A program made the position numbers and the translations under genes. Shown here one piece after another: positions 54,711 to 64,000 of a DNA stretch of 64,000 nt (positions within the stretch are counted from its first letter, which is position 1; every line of letters begins with the position of its first letter). This stretch comes from an uncultured Synergistaceae bacterium (GTDB lineage: Bacteria; Synergistota; Synergistia; Synergistales; 79-D21): NCBI GenBank assembly GCA_964521575.1, contig CAZFSR010000006.1, positions 74,895 through 138,894 on the forward strand, read 5' to 3'. The notes below the pieces were generated by a model. That model had not been told where the DNA came from and did not search any database. It was given only the letters and a program-made list of their open reading frames with translations.

Positions 54711-56042
54711 ATGGTGCACCCCATTATCGCAAAGGCTCGTCTAGCGGGGGAAGAACAGGGGTGGATTGACTCCACCGAACCGCTCGTGGCGGCTGTCTCG
54801 GGCGGCGGCGATTCGGTAGCCCTTCTTTTTGTTCTAAGGGAAATCTACATGGGCAAAATCACGGTCGCCCATCTCGAACACGGCATCCGCGGTTCTTCAT
54901 CCCTCGAGGATGCTGAGTTTGTCCGGAAAATAGCTGCTGGAATCGGTCTGGAAACCGTTATCCGGAGGTCTTCCGTTCCCCGTCTGAAACTTCGGGGAGA
55001 GTCCATCGAAGAAGCGGCAAGAAGGATCCGCTATGGTTACCTGGAAGAAGTCCGCAACGCGACCGGAGCATCCTGGATCGCGATCGGCCACAATTCGGAC
55101 GATGCTGTCGAAACTCTGCTTCTGAACCTTCTTCGCGGTACTGGGCTTGCGGGCCTTTGCGGATTGCAGGGAAGAAGGGGTGCCGTCATCCGGCCGCTCA
55201 TCGACTGCAGTCGCCAGGACTTGAGGGACTTCCTCCAGGACCGCGGGATTCCCTGGCAGGAAGACGAAACGAACCGCGATACGCGATACCTTCGCAACCG
55301 CCTGCGCCTTGAACTCTTACCCCGACTTGCCCGGGATTATAACCCTGCTGTCGCCGAACGGTTGCTCTCTCTTAGAAAGACCTTACAGCCGTGTCGGAAA
55401 GCACTAGAAGAAAGGGGGCAAAATGCCGCCCTTCTTCTGCGAAGGAATCTGCCCCATGTTTTGTCGGCTTGGGATTTTTCGGCCGTTCGGCGGCTCGAAC
55501 CTTCAACCCGCTCAGAGCTTTTCCGCTGCGAGGCTAGCAGGCTCGGCCTCAAGACCCTTGACTATGAACGGTTGTCGTGTCTACAGACTTTGATCCATTC
55601 CGGGCAAGGCTGGCGTTTCCAGTGGGAACAAACCCTTGAACTTCGGGCCGGAGCAGGATTCCTGGCGCTTCTCGACAGGGATGTTTTCGACCAGCCCCCT
55701 GCAGAGCCTTTGATCCTCGAGGAGCAGTCAGGGGAAGCCCGTTGGAATTTTGGTTCGTTCAAATGGTTACCGGCCACGGAAGAAAAGACACGTTTTTCCG
55801 ATTTCTCGGCGGTTCTCCCTTTCCTTCCCGAAAAACCCAGAATTCTCCCGTTAGGCTGCGCCATGCGAGGCTCAAAGCTTGACCTTGTTCCTTGGTTTTA
55901 CCGAAAATGCTGGCCTGCCGTCACAATTGGCGATAAAATGACGTGGATTCCTTTCTGGGGCAAGACCTGCGAAGTTCAGGAAAATGATTTTCCTCACGTC
56001 CGGATTACTTTTACCCCGGACAGGAACTTGGGAGTGCTTTAA
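54711..56042 (+). CDS. tilS: tRNA(Ile)-lysidine synthase
   Basis: PP-loop VAAVSGGGDSVALL; IAIGHNSDDAVET. ATG 54711 lies 8 nt after AAGGA. The track start 54657 runs through the tRNA terminator. Confidence 0.88.
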   Translation: MVHPIIAKARLAGEEQGWIDSTEPLVAAVSGGGDSVALLFVLREIYMGKITVAHLEHGIRGSSSLEDAEFVRKIAAGIGLETVIRRSSVPRLKLRGESIEEAARRIRYGYLEEVRNATGASWIAIGHNSDDAVETLLLNLLRGTGLAGLCGLQGRRGAVIRPLIDCSRQDLRDFLQDRGIPWQEDETNRDTRYLRNRLRLELLPRLARDYNPAVAERLLSLRKTLQPCRKALEERGQNAALLLRRNLPHVLSAWDFSAVRRLEPSTRSELFRCEASRLGLKTLDYERLSCLQTLIHSGQGWRFQWEQTLELRAGAGFLALLDRDVFDQPPAEPLILEEQSGEARWNFGSFKWLPATEEKTRFSDFSAVLPFLPEKPRILPLGCAMRGSKLDLVPWFYRKCWPAVTIGDKMTWIPFWGKTCEVQENDFPHVRITFTPDRNLGVL

Positions 56043-56621
56043 ATGGATTATGAATTAGGCAAAGTCCTGCTAGACGGAGAAACCATTTCTCGTAAAGTTG
56101 CCGAACTTGCATCGGAAGTGGCGGCATGCTATTCAGGGAAAGAGTTCGTGGCGGTCGGTGTCCTCAAGGGAGCTATTTTTTTCCTGGCGGACCTGGTCAG
56201 GTCCCTTCCGCGGGATAGCCTGGTAAAGATTGATTTCATGGCGGTCTCATCATATGGCGCCTCCACAAAATCGTCGGGCATCGTGAAAATTGTGAAAGAC
56301 CTGGATACGGACATAAGGGGCCATGACGTGCTGCTCGTCGAGGACATCCTGGATACCGGGCTTACGCTATCCTACCTGCAGGAGTTGCTCAAGGGCCGTT
56401 CTCCGCGTTCCTTGCGAACCTGCGTTCTCCTGGATAAGCCGGATCGACGAAGGGTGGATGCGCATGTTGATTTCAAAGGTTTTTCAATCCCGGACGAATT
56501 CGTCGTCGGCTATGGACTCGATTATTCGGGTTACTGGAGAAACCTGCCCGATATTCACGTCGCTCAAGCTGTCGAGTGTATGAAAAAAGAACACACAACC
56601 CAAGGAGTGAACGGCAATTGA
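56043..56621 (+). CDS. hpt: Hypoxanthine-guanine phosphoribosyltransferase
   Basis: PRPP motif VLLVEDILDTGLTLSYL; conserved tilS-hpt-ftsH synteny. Confidence 0.92.
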   Translation: MDYELGKVLLDGETISRKVAELASEVAACYSGKEFVAVGVLKGAIFFLADLVRSLPRDSLVKIDFMAVSSYGASTKSSGIVKIVKDLDTDIRGHDVLLVEDILDTGLTLSYLQELLKGRSPRSLRTCVLLDKPDRRRVDAHVDFKGFSIPDEFVVGYGLDYSGYWRNLPDIHVAQAVECMKKEHTTQGVNGN

Positions 56622-56626
56622 ACAAA

Positions 56627-58543
56627 ATGGCGAAAAACCTAGGCCTTTACCTGATTCTCATTGTTCTGGTCGTCAGTCTCGTTAACGCGTTTCTGACTCC
56701 GGGCCAGAACACACAGGAAACGGCCTCCCTCACCTACAGCGAGTTCCTCAAGTCCGCCCAGTCAGGACAGATCGAGAAAGTCTCGATCGAGGAGAACCTC
56801 GTCAAAGGAACCGCAAAGGATGGGAAACTTTTCAAGACCTACGTCCTAGACGCCGGCCCTCTAGCGCAGGAGCTTGTTAAACTCGGGGTTGCAGTCGAGT
56901 TTATCCCGCCACAAAAAGCCCCCTGGTGGGCAGGTATGATGACCTCCCTGTTCCCGACCCTGCTCCTCATCGGGGCCTGGATCTTCATCCTTTACAACAT
57001 GCAGGGTGGCGGCAGTAAGGTCATGAACTTTGCCAAGAGCAAGGCGAAAGTTTTCATGGATAATCGCCCGAAAGTGACATTCAAGGACGTTGCGGGTTGT
57101 GACGAGGCCAAGGAAGAGTTGCAGGAAGTCATCGAATACCTCCGCGATCCGGAAAGGTTCGCAAGGCTCGGGGCTAACGTCCCGAAAGGCGTACTCCTGC
57201 TTGGGCCGCCCGGCACGGGAAAGACGCTCCTCGCAAGGGCATCCGCCGGGGAGGCTGATGTTCCGTTTTTCAGCATCAGCGGATCGGATTTTGTAGAAAT
57301 GTTTGTCGGAGTCGGCGCGGCCCGCGTGCGTGACCTTTTTGAGCAGGCCAGGAAAATGCAGCCCAGCATCGTTTTCATCGACGAGCTGGACGCCGTCGGA
57401 CGTCAGCGCGGAGCGGGTCTGGGAGGCGGGCACGACGAACGTGAACAGACCCTGAACCAAATGTTGGTCGAAATGGACGGGTTCGACGCCTCAACGGGGA
57501 TCATCCTGATTGCCGCCACAAACCGGCCCGATATCCTCGACCCGGCGCTCCTTCGGCCAGGACGCTTCGACCGCCACATTGTCGTCGACAAACCGGATTG
57601 GAAAGGAAGGCAAGCCATCCTCGAGGTTCATTCAAAAGGCAAGAAACTTGAAGACGGCGTGAACCTGGATATCATCGCGAGACGAACAACGGGCTTTGTC
57701 GGGGCGGATCTGGCAAATCTCGTGAATGAAGCCGCCCTGCTCGCCGCCCGAAACGGTAGGAAGGCCCTCTCCATGTCCGATTTCGAGGAAGCCATTGACC
57801 GGGTCATCGCGGGACCGGAGCGGAAAAGCCGCCTCATCAACGCAAAGGAAAAGGAGATCATCGCTTTCCATGAATCGGGACATGCCCTCATCGCACGCCT
57901 GATCCCCGGCTGCGATCCGGTTCACAAGATATCGATCATCCCGAGGGGACATATGGCTCTTGGCTACACGCTTCAATTACCTGAAGAAGACCGTTTCCTC
58001 ATTTCCAGGAACGAGCTGATCGACCGGATATGTGTACTCCTTGGCGGGCGCGTGGCGGAGGAGATCACGCAAGGGGATATCACGACCGGAGCCCAGAACG
58101 ACCTCGAGCGTGCGACCCAGCTCGCCCGCCAGATGGTCACCGAATTCGGCATGAGCGAAAAGCTTGGGCCTATGACACTGGGGCGGAAGCAACATGAGGT
58201 CTTCCTTGGAAGGGATATCGTCGATGACAGGAACTACAGTGACGAGGTCGCCTTTGCGATCGACCAGGAAATGAGGGCCATTATCGATGGCTGCCATAGC
58301 AAGGTCAAAACCCTGCTATCCGAAAATTTCGACCTCCTGCACAAGGTGACCCGCGCGCTGCTGGAAAGGGAAATCCTGGAGGGAGAGGAACTCGAAGCCC
58401 TCATCGCGGGCGGGGAACTGCCGCCCTTGGACAGAAACGGAAAAAAAGAGGAGCTTGCCGGCAGGAAACTTGTAGAAGAGGAAGAATTCGAAAAACCCTT
58501 GTCTGAAGGCCACGCCGGCGTTGAACCGGAACCAGCGGTTTAA
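56627..58543 (+). CDS. ftsH: ATP-dependent zinc metalloprotease FtsH
   Basis: Two N-terminal TM segments; Walker [14 protein letters not shown]; Walker B IVFIDELD; [21 protein letters not shown]; zinc site HESGHAL. The start is ATG 56627, or TTG 56618 (10 nt after AAGGAG). Confidence 0.95.
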   Translation: MAKNLGLYLILIVLVVSLVNAFLTPGQNTQETASLTYSEFLKSAQSGQIEKVSIEENLVKGTAKDGKLFKTYVLDAGPLAQELVKLGVAVEFIPPQKAPWWAGMMTSLFPTLLLIGAWIFILYNMQGGGSKVMNFAKSKAKVFMDNRPKVTFKDVAGCDEAKEELQEVIEYLRDPERFARLGANVPKGVLLLGPPGTGKTLLARASAGEADVPFFSISGSDFVEMFVGVGAARVRDLFEQARKMQPSIVFIDELDAVGRQRGAGLGGGHDEREQTLNQMLVEMDGFDASTGIILIAATNRPDILDPALLRPGRFDRHIVVDKPDWKGRQAILEVHSKGKKLEDGVNLDIIARRTTGFVGADLANLVNEAALLAARNGRKALSMSDFEEAIDRVIAGPERKSRLINAKEKEIIAFHESGHALIARLIPGCDPVHKISIIPRGHMALGYTLQLPEEDRFLISRNELIDRICVLLGGRVAEEITQGDITTGAQNDLERATQLARQMVTEFGMSEKLGPMTLGRKQHEVFLGRDIVDDRNYSDEVAFAIDQEMRAIIDGCHSKVKTLLSENFDLLHKVTRALLEREILEGEELEALIAGGELPPLDRNGKKEELAGRKLVEEEEFEKPLSEGHAGVEPEPAV

Positions 58544-58564
58544 CGTCCCGTCAAATCATCCATC

Positions 58565-58600
58565 GAAATGGCGCACGGATAACCGTGCGCCATTTCCTTT
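58565..58600 (+). terminator. Strong hairpin after ftsH (terminator or attenuator with a weak U-tract)
   Basis: 14-bp perfect stem GAAATGGCGCACGG-ATAA-CCGTGCGCCATTTC, followed by CTTTACC. Confidence 0.55.
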
Positions 58601-58623
58601 ACCGCATTTCCAGGAGGACCGGA

Positions 58624-60660
58624 ATGGGAATCTTTAAGCTCCATACCCCCTGGCCCCCTTCAGGGGATCAGCCGGAAGCAATTGAAGCGCTTTCGCAGGG
58701 CCTGGCGGCGGGGCTGCCTATGCAGACGCTTATCGGAGTGACGGGGAGCGGAAAGACGTATACCGTCGCCAACGCCATCGCCAAATTCGATCGTCCGGTC
58801 TTGGTGATCGCACACAACAAAACACTGGCAGCGCAGCTTTATACCGAGTTCAAGGCTTTCTTCCCCGAAAATGCCGTCCATTATTTCGTGAGCTATTACG
58901 ATTATTACCAGCCGGAAGCCTATGTCCCCGCGCACGATCTTTACATCGAAAAGGACGCGTCCATCAACGAACGCATTGAAAAATTGAGGTTAGCCACCAC
59001 GAAATCCCTGATCGAGAGAAGGGACGTGATCGTGGTGGCAAGCGTCTCGTGCATATACGGACTCGGCAAGAAAAAGGCCTACGAAGAGGCGGTATTCGGT
59101 TTCAGGGTCGGGGACAGGTGGAAAAGAAGGGACTTTTTCGAAGCGCTTTTGAGAAATTACTACCAGCGAAACGATCAATCCCTCGAACCCGGACTCTTCC
59201 GGGTCAAGGGCGACCAGGTCGATATATACCCTGCTTATAGCGATACCGCCCTACGGATCCTTTTTGACGATGAAATTATCGAGAAAATCAACGAGATCGA
59301 CCCCGTGTCGGGGAAAACCGTTCTTCAGAAGGAACAGGCTCTTCTGTTCCCGGCCCAGCATTATGTCACAACGAAAGAGCAAATCTGCCGGGCAATGGCG
59401 GCAGTGGAAGCCGAACTGGAGGAACAACTCCTTCTTTTCCATTCGGAGGGCCGGCTTCTCGAGGCACAACGACTTCGGGAGCGAACCCGCTATGATATGG
59501 AAATGCTCTCGCAAGTGGGCTATTGCTCAGGAATTGAAAACTACTCTCGGCACCTGGAAGGAAGAAAGATAGGCGAACCCCCCGGAACCCTTCTCGATTT
59601 CTTTCCCCCGGACTTTATCATGGTGATCGATGAATCCCACATCACGATTCCCCAGCTCAGAGGCATGTACAATGGTGATCGGGCAAGAAAAGAAACTCTC
59701 GTGAACTACGGCTTCCGTCTCCCTTCCAGCCTTGACAACCGACCCTTGAGATGGGATGAGTTCCAATCCTACATGAAACAGGTTGTCTTCGTTTCGGCGA
59801 CCCCCGGTGACTGGGAGATCAGCCAATCCGCCAAAGTGGTGGAGCAGCTCGTCCGCCCAACAGGGGTCATGGATCCCGAAATCACTGTTGTTGAAGCGAA
59901 AAACCAGGTTGACGACCTCATCGGTAGGCTATCCGCCTTGAACCGGCTGAACGAGAGGGCCCTCGTCACGACACTGACGAAACGCTCCGCGGAAGATCTG
60001 GCAGAATACCTTGCCGAGGCAGGGCTAAAAGTCCGTTACATCCATTCAGAATTGGACACTTTTGAAAGGGCCGATCTTCTCAAGGCACTTCGCAAAGGAG
60101 ATGTGCAGGTTTTAGTGGGGGTCAACCTTCTTCGCGAAGGATTGGACCTCCCGGAAGTCTCCCTGGTCGCCATCCTTGATGCTGACCGAGAAGGCTTTCT
60201 GCGATCCCATCGATCCCTTATCCAGATGATCGGCCGGGCAGCCAGGAATATCGCAGGCACCGTGGTCCTCTACGCCGATTCCATGAATGACAGTATTCGA
60301 AAGGCAGTTGAGGAAACCCGTCGGCGACGCGATGTCCAGCGTGCTTACAACGAACTTCACGGCATTACTCCGCGGACGGTTCAGAAAGAAATTGTTGGAA
60401 TACTACCGGGAGAACCCGAATTCGAGGGGAAAACCCCGTTTGCCGAGCCCGGTGAAGGAACTCTTCTAATCGATCGGGCCCGGTTGGAAGAAAGAATGTG
60501 GAAAGCGGTTGAGAGGCTCGATTTCGAAGAAGCGGCAAGAATTCGCGATCTACTGCAATCCGGTCGGGAAGGAGTCATCGAAGGTGAATCACCAAATCGT
60601 CGTTCAAGGAGCAAGAGAGCACAATCTGAAAAACGTTTCCGTGGCGCTCCCAAAAGATAA
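58624..60660 (+). CDS. uvrB: Excinuclease ABC subunit B
   Basis: GDQPEAI; [10 protein letters not shown]; DESH; C-terminal UVR domain [14 protein letters not shown] 58624 follows AGGAGG. Confidence 0.95.
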   Translation: MGIFKLHTPWPPSGDQPEAIEALSQGLAAGLPMQTLIGVTGSGKTYTVANAIAKFDRPVLVIAHNKTLAAQLYTEFKAFFPENAVHYFVSYYDYYQPEAYVPAHDLYIEKDASINERIEKLRLATTKSLIERRDVIVVASVSCIYGLGKKKAYEEAVFGFRVGDRWKRRDFFEALLRNYYQRNDQSLEPGLFRVKGDQVDIYPAYSDTALRILFDDEIIEKINEIDPVSGKTVLQKEQALLFPAQHYVTTKEQICRAMAAVEAELEEQLLLFHSEGRLLEAQRLRERTRYDMEMLSQVGYCSGIENYSRHLEGRKIGEPPGTLLDFFPPDFIMVIDESHITIPQLRGMYNGDRARKETLVNYGFRLPSSLDNRPLRWDEFQSYMKQVVFVSATPGDWEISQSAKVVEQLVRPTGVMDPEITVVEAKNQVDDLIGRLSALNRLNERALVTTLTKRSAEDLAEYLAEAGLKVRYIHSELDTFERADLLKALRKGDVQVLVGVNLLREGLDLPEVSLVAILDADREGFLRSHRSLIQMIGRAARNIAGTVVLYADSMNDSIRKAVEETRRRRDVQRAYNELHGITPRTVQKEIVGILPGEPEFEGKTPFAEPGEGTLLIDRARLEERMWKAVERLDFEEAARIRDLLQSGREGVIEGESPNRRSRSKRAQSEKRFRGAPKR

Positions 60661-63409
60661 ACTGGTCGTTTTCACGGGACCTTCGGGGTCGGGAAAATCT
60701 TCGCTCGCTTTCGACACGATTTTCGCCGAGGGGCAAAGGCGTTATGTGCAGTCGCTGTCCGCATACGCCCGGCAATTCCTCGGTGTCCTCAACAAGCCGG
60801 ATGTTGATGACATATCCGGCCTGTCTCCGGCGGTCTCGATCGAACAGAAGGGAATCTCGCACAACCCGCGCTCTACAGTCGGCACGGTAACCGAGATCTA
60901 CGATTATCTCCGTCTGCTTTTCAGCCGTGTCGGCGTTCCTCATTGCCCCATTTGCGGAGAACTCGTGCACCGCTATTCACTCGACGAAATCCTGTCGCTT
61001 GCCATGAGGGAATTCAACGAAAAGCGGGTTGAGATTCTCGCACCGCTAGTCAGAGGAAAAAAGGGCGAACATCGGAACGTTCTCGATGAGGCCCGTCGGG
61101 AAGGCTTCTTGCGCGTGCGTGTCGACGGACGCGTTCTATGGCTGGAGGAAGAAATCACATTGGACAGGAACCGGAAACACTCGATCGAAATCGTCGTGGA
61201 CCGTTTGACTCCCTCGGCGGAAAACCGCGACCGCTTGAGCGAGTCAACGGAAACGGCGCTTCGCCTGGGGAGCGGTTATGTCCTTTTCGCAGCCGGGGAA
61301 GGGGAGGAAAGGCTTTTCTCCGAGAATTTCGCCTGTCCGCGCTGTGAAATTTCACTTCCCGAAATCGAGCCCCGGCTCTTCTCCTTCAACAGCCCCTTCG
61401 GAGCATGCCAAGCCTGCTCAGGATTAGGAAGCCATGAGCATTTTTCCGTCGAACTGGCCGTCGATCCCGAGCGGTCAGTCTGGGAAGGTGCGCTTCTCCC
61501 CTGGAAAACGAGCCATTACATGCTCCGAAAACTGAAAGCCGTTTCCGAATCAAAAGGTTGGGATCTTTCTCCCCCTTTCCGGGATCTGTCTCCGGTGATA
61601 CAGGATTCGATCCTTTCGGGTGTCTCGGACCGTGTCCCAATGACCTACAGGGAAAACGGGGCGGAACAATCATACATGGGGCGTTTCGAAGGGCTCATGC
61701 CTTGGCTTGAAAACCGATGGACCGAAACGGAATCGGAGTCCGTGACGGAAGAACTGCTCTCATTTCGCTCAGAGGATATTTGCACGGAATGCCTCGGCAG
61801 ACGCCTCCGGCCCGAGGCACTCGCCGTCAGGATCGACGGCCTCGGCATTGCGGATGTGACCGAAATGCCGGTTGAATCCTTGCTCGAACGCCTTGACACG
61901 CTCCTTCTTTCCCCTTCGGCGGTCGAAATTTCCCGGCAAATCCTAGACGAACTCAGGAAACGCCTTTCCTTCATGGTCGATGTCGGTGTCGGCTACCTCA
62001 CCCTTTCGCGGCGCTCGGACTCCCTGAGCGGGGGAGAAAGCCAGAGGATACGGCTTGCCACCCAGATCGGTTCCAAGCTTAGCGGTGTCCTTTACGTGCT
62101 GGACGAACCCACGATCGGCCTCCACCCACGTGACACGGAAAAACTGCTAAAGACCCTCAGGACCGTCCGCGACCTCGGGAATACCGTCCTTGTCGTTGAG
62201 CACGATCGTGAAACGATGCTGGCCGCGGATTTCATCCTCGAGCTGGGCCCGGGAGCTGGTGAGCACGGTGGGAAAGTCGTTGCTGCAGGAACGCAGGAGA
62301 CCCTTTGTGAAACCGATTGCCTTACGGGCCCTTACCTGAAGGGAACCGCTTTTGGGGCAGCCCCGAGAGAGAAACCGCGATCCCCGGGAGGCTGGCTAGA
62401 AATAACCGGGGCAAGGGAACACAACCTGAAGAATATCAACGTCCTTCTGCCTCTCGGGGTTCTGGCCTGTATCACGGGAGTGTCCGGATCCGGGAAAAGC
62501 ACGCTCATGCACGATATCCTCTATCGGGGGCTCAAACGTTTGATGGATAGGGACTTCCGCGGAAGGGCGGGACAACACGGTGAAATCCTGGGTTGGGAAA
62601 AGATCCGGAATATCGTCCTCGTGGACCAGAATCCGATCGGTAGAACCCCACGCTCCAACCCCGCCACTTACACGGGACTGTTCACGCCGGTTCGCGAACT
62701 TTTCTCTCAACTCCCGGAAGCCAGGATACGCGGTTTCCAGCCCGGGAGATTCAGCTTCAACGTTCGTGGTGGACGCTGCGAGGCCTGCAAGGGTGAAGGT
62801 GAAAGCCGGATCTCGATGCTCTTCATGCCGGATGTTTTCGTCCCTTGCGAAATTTGCAAGGGGAAACGATACAACCACGAAACACTTGAAGTCCGGTACA
62901 AGGGAAAAACCATCTCTGACGTTCTTGACATGCCGGTTGAGGAAGCGCTCGATTTCTTCGCCGACATTCCCCGAATCGCCGCGAAATTGAAAGTTATCGA
63001 AGAAGCGGGATTGGGCTATATCCGCCTCGGGCAACCGGCACCGACTCTTAGCGGTGGAGAGGCGCAACGAGTCAAACTTGCAACAGAACTGTCAAAGCGT
63101 TTCACGGGACCGACCGTTTACCTTCTCGACGAACCGACAACCGGGCTTCACTATACGGATGTCAAAAAACTGCTGCTCCTGCTTCACCGGCTTGTCGACC
63201 AGGGAAACACGGTGATCATGATCGAACACAACCTGGATGTTCTCGCGTCGAGTGATTACCTCATCGACCTCGGACCAGAAGGTGGAGAAGGAGGAGGGCG
63301 GGTCGTTGCGACCGGCACCCCGGAAGAAATTTCCCGGGGAAATGGGGGCTATACCGCACCTTTCCTTCGGGAATACCTCGAGCAAGTCAGGGGGAAGGCA
63401 CATGCCTGA
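60584..63409 (+). CDS. uvrA: Excinuclease ABC subunit A
   Basis: [14 protein letters not shown]; [14 protein letters not shown]; two ABC modules ([24 protein letters not shown]); zinc modules. GTG 60584 lies 9 nt after GGGAAGGAG, giving a 77-nt overlap with uvrB. Confidence 0.93.
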   Translation: MNHQIVVQGAREHNLKNVSVALPKDKLVVFTGPSGSGKSSLAFDTIFAEGQRRYVQSLSAYARQFLGVLNKPDVDDISGLSPAVSIEQKGISHNPRSTVGTVTEIYDYLRLLFSRVGVPHCPICGELVHRYSLDEILSLAMREFNEKRVEILAPLVRGKKGEHRNVLDEARREGFLRVRVDGRVLWLEEEITLDRNRKHSIEIVVDRLTPSAENRDRLSESTETALRLGSGYVLFAAGEGEERLFSENFACPRCEISLPEIEPRLFSFNSPFGACQACSGLGSHEHFSVELAVDPERSVWEGALLPWKTSHYMLRKLKAVSESKGWDLSPPFRDLSPVIQDSILSGVSDRVPMTYRENGAEQSYMGRFEGLMPWLENRWTETESESVTEELLSFRSEDICTECLGRRLRPEALAVRIDGLGIADVTEMPVESLLERLDTLLLSPSAVEISRQILDELRKRLSFMVDVGVGYLTLSRRSDSLSGGESQRIRLATQIGSKLSGVLYVLDEPTIGLHPRDTEKLLKTLRTVRDLGNTVLVVEHDRETMLAADFILELGPGAGEHGGKVVAAGTQETLCETDCLTGPYLKGTAFGAAPREKPRSPGGWLEITGAREHNLKNINVLLPLGVLACITGVSGSGKSTLMHDILYRGLKRLMDRDFRGRAGQHGEILGWEKIRNIVLVDQNPIGRTPRSNPATYTGLFTPVRELFSQLPEARIRGFQPGRFSFNVRGGRCEACKGEGESRISMLFMPDVFVPCEICKGKRYNHETLEVRYKGKTISDVLDMPVEEALDFFADIPRIAAKLKVIEEAGLGYIRLGQPAPTLSGGEAQRVKLATELSKRFTGPTVYLLDEPTTGLHYTDVKKLLLLLHRLVDQGNTVIMIEHNLDVLASSDYLIDLGPEGGEGGGRVVATGTPEEISRGNGGYTAPFLREYLEQVRGKAHA

Positions 63410-64000
63410 AGAAAGAATGACGAACGAAAAAGATATCGTATGGGGCAGGAATGCGGTTTCGGCCTTGATCGAGGATTCCCCGAAACGAATCATGAAAATC
63501 CTGATGGCAAGGGACTCTCATCACCAAGCCGTAAAGAAGATCGAGGAGTCCTGCCGCAGGGAGGCGATCCTTTTCCAATGGGTCGACCGTTCTTCAATCG
63601 AGCGGATTTGTCCAAAAATGTCCCACCAAGGCGTTGTCGCCCTGGTTTCGCCCGTGGAAATGCGTGATGTCGGGACCATCCTGCAGTATTTGCCCAAAGA
63701 GCCCGAACCCGCTCTCGTGCTTCTTCTGGACCGGTTGCAGGATCCTGGCAACCTTGGAAGCATCGTACGGTCAGCCGAATCTTTCGGCGCATCGGCCATC
63801 GTCATTCCGAAACGAAGAGCGGCCCTCCCAACCGGAACCGTGCTTAAAGCGAGCGCCGGGGCTGCCTCAAGGGTGCCCATCCTGACCACTCCGAACCTGC
63901 TTTATGCGCTCGACCAATTGGAACCGGCAGGCTTCTGGTCCGTCGCCATGGACCACCAGGCTTCCCAGGCTCTCGATGAAACACCCCTTCCGTCCCGCCT
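63402..64000 (+). CDS. rlmB: 23S rRNA (guanosine-2'-O)-methyltransferase RlmB / SpoU-TrmH family (3' end outside the window)
   Basis: My own translation of frame 3 is open to the window end: IVWGRNAVSALIE..., HQGVVALV, LLLDRLQDPGNLGSIVRSAESFGASAIVIP (SpoU motif 1). ATG 63402 overlaps the uvrA stop. Confidence 0.8.
   Translation, partial: MPEERMTNEKDIVWGRNAVSALIEDSPKRIMKILMARDSHHQAVKKIEESCRREAILFQWVDRSSIERICPKMSHQGVVALVSPVEMRDVGTILQYLPKEPEPALVLLLDRLQDPGNLGSIVRSAESFGASAIVIPKRRAALPTGTVLKASAGAASRVPILTTPNLLYALDQLEPAGFWSVAMDHQASQALDETPLPSR

Noticed and set aside
54563-54711. The idea that the tRNA(CAU) immediately upstream of tilS is its substrate, tRNA-Ile2, forming a substrate-enzyme gene pair
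   Set aside because: The anticodon loop (UUCAUAC) and the 5' half of the tRNA match elongator tRNA-Met as I recall it from Firmicutes, rather than tRNA-Ile2 (CUCAUAA-type loop). In addition, a terminator separates the tRNA operon from tilS. It cannot be fully excluded without a tRNA classifier.

Overview
This window is a gene-dense bacterial chromosomal core region, mid-50s % GC by eye (not computed), with about 63 protein genes and 4 tRNAs. I saw no rRNA, CRISPR array, transposase, integrase or phage genes, and no recognisable defence island. Genes sit in long co-directional operons, many with 1-, 4- or 8-nt start/stop overlaps, and about 30% use TTG, GTG or CTG starts. Many ORF-track entries carry spurious N-terminal extensions, which I trimmed using conserved N-termini and Shine-Dalgarno spacing.

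Recognisable blocks, in order:
- rluB-cmk-plsC-hflX-remA-gmk-rpoZ-coaBC-priA(like)-der
- hup
- tRNA-Pro/rsmA
- trmB-rsmD-coaD
- tmcAL
- ackA-yceD-rpmF
- A complete FapR-controlled FASII cluster (fapR-plsX-fabH-fabK-fabD-fabG-acpP-fabF) followed by rnc
- A PyrR-attenuated pyr operon (pyrR-B-C-K-D-F-E)
- birA
- prfB, with its programmed +1 frameshift
- An S55 peptidase followed by a minimal mlaEFD operon
- tmk-holB-ricT-ftsY-purB-glpX
- csp
- hypF
- A P-type ATPase
- A LonC-like protease, nth and a DUF362/ferredoxin protein
- yerC and hisC
- tRNA Leu-fMet-Met
- tilS-hpt-ftsH-uvrB-uvrA-rlmB

The gene content combines Firmicute-type regulators with a diderm-type Mla lipid transporter. That suggests a diderm member of the Terrabacteria (Synergistota- or Negativicutes-like), but the lineage cannot be fixed from sequence alone.

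I found no clear-cut new system. The most unusual items are:
1. A long MlaD with a beta-rich C-terminus ending in Phe, encoded behind an atypical S55 peptidase.
2. A syntenic PriA homolog that has lost every helicase/ATPase motif but keeps its zinc fingers.
3. A LonC-like protease with degenerate Walker motifs, translationally coupled to nth and a DUF362 Fe-S protein.
4. An ftsY that can only start at CTG, unless there is a 1-nt indel.
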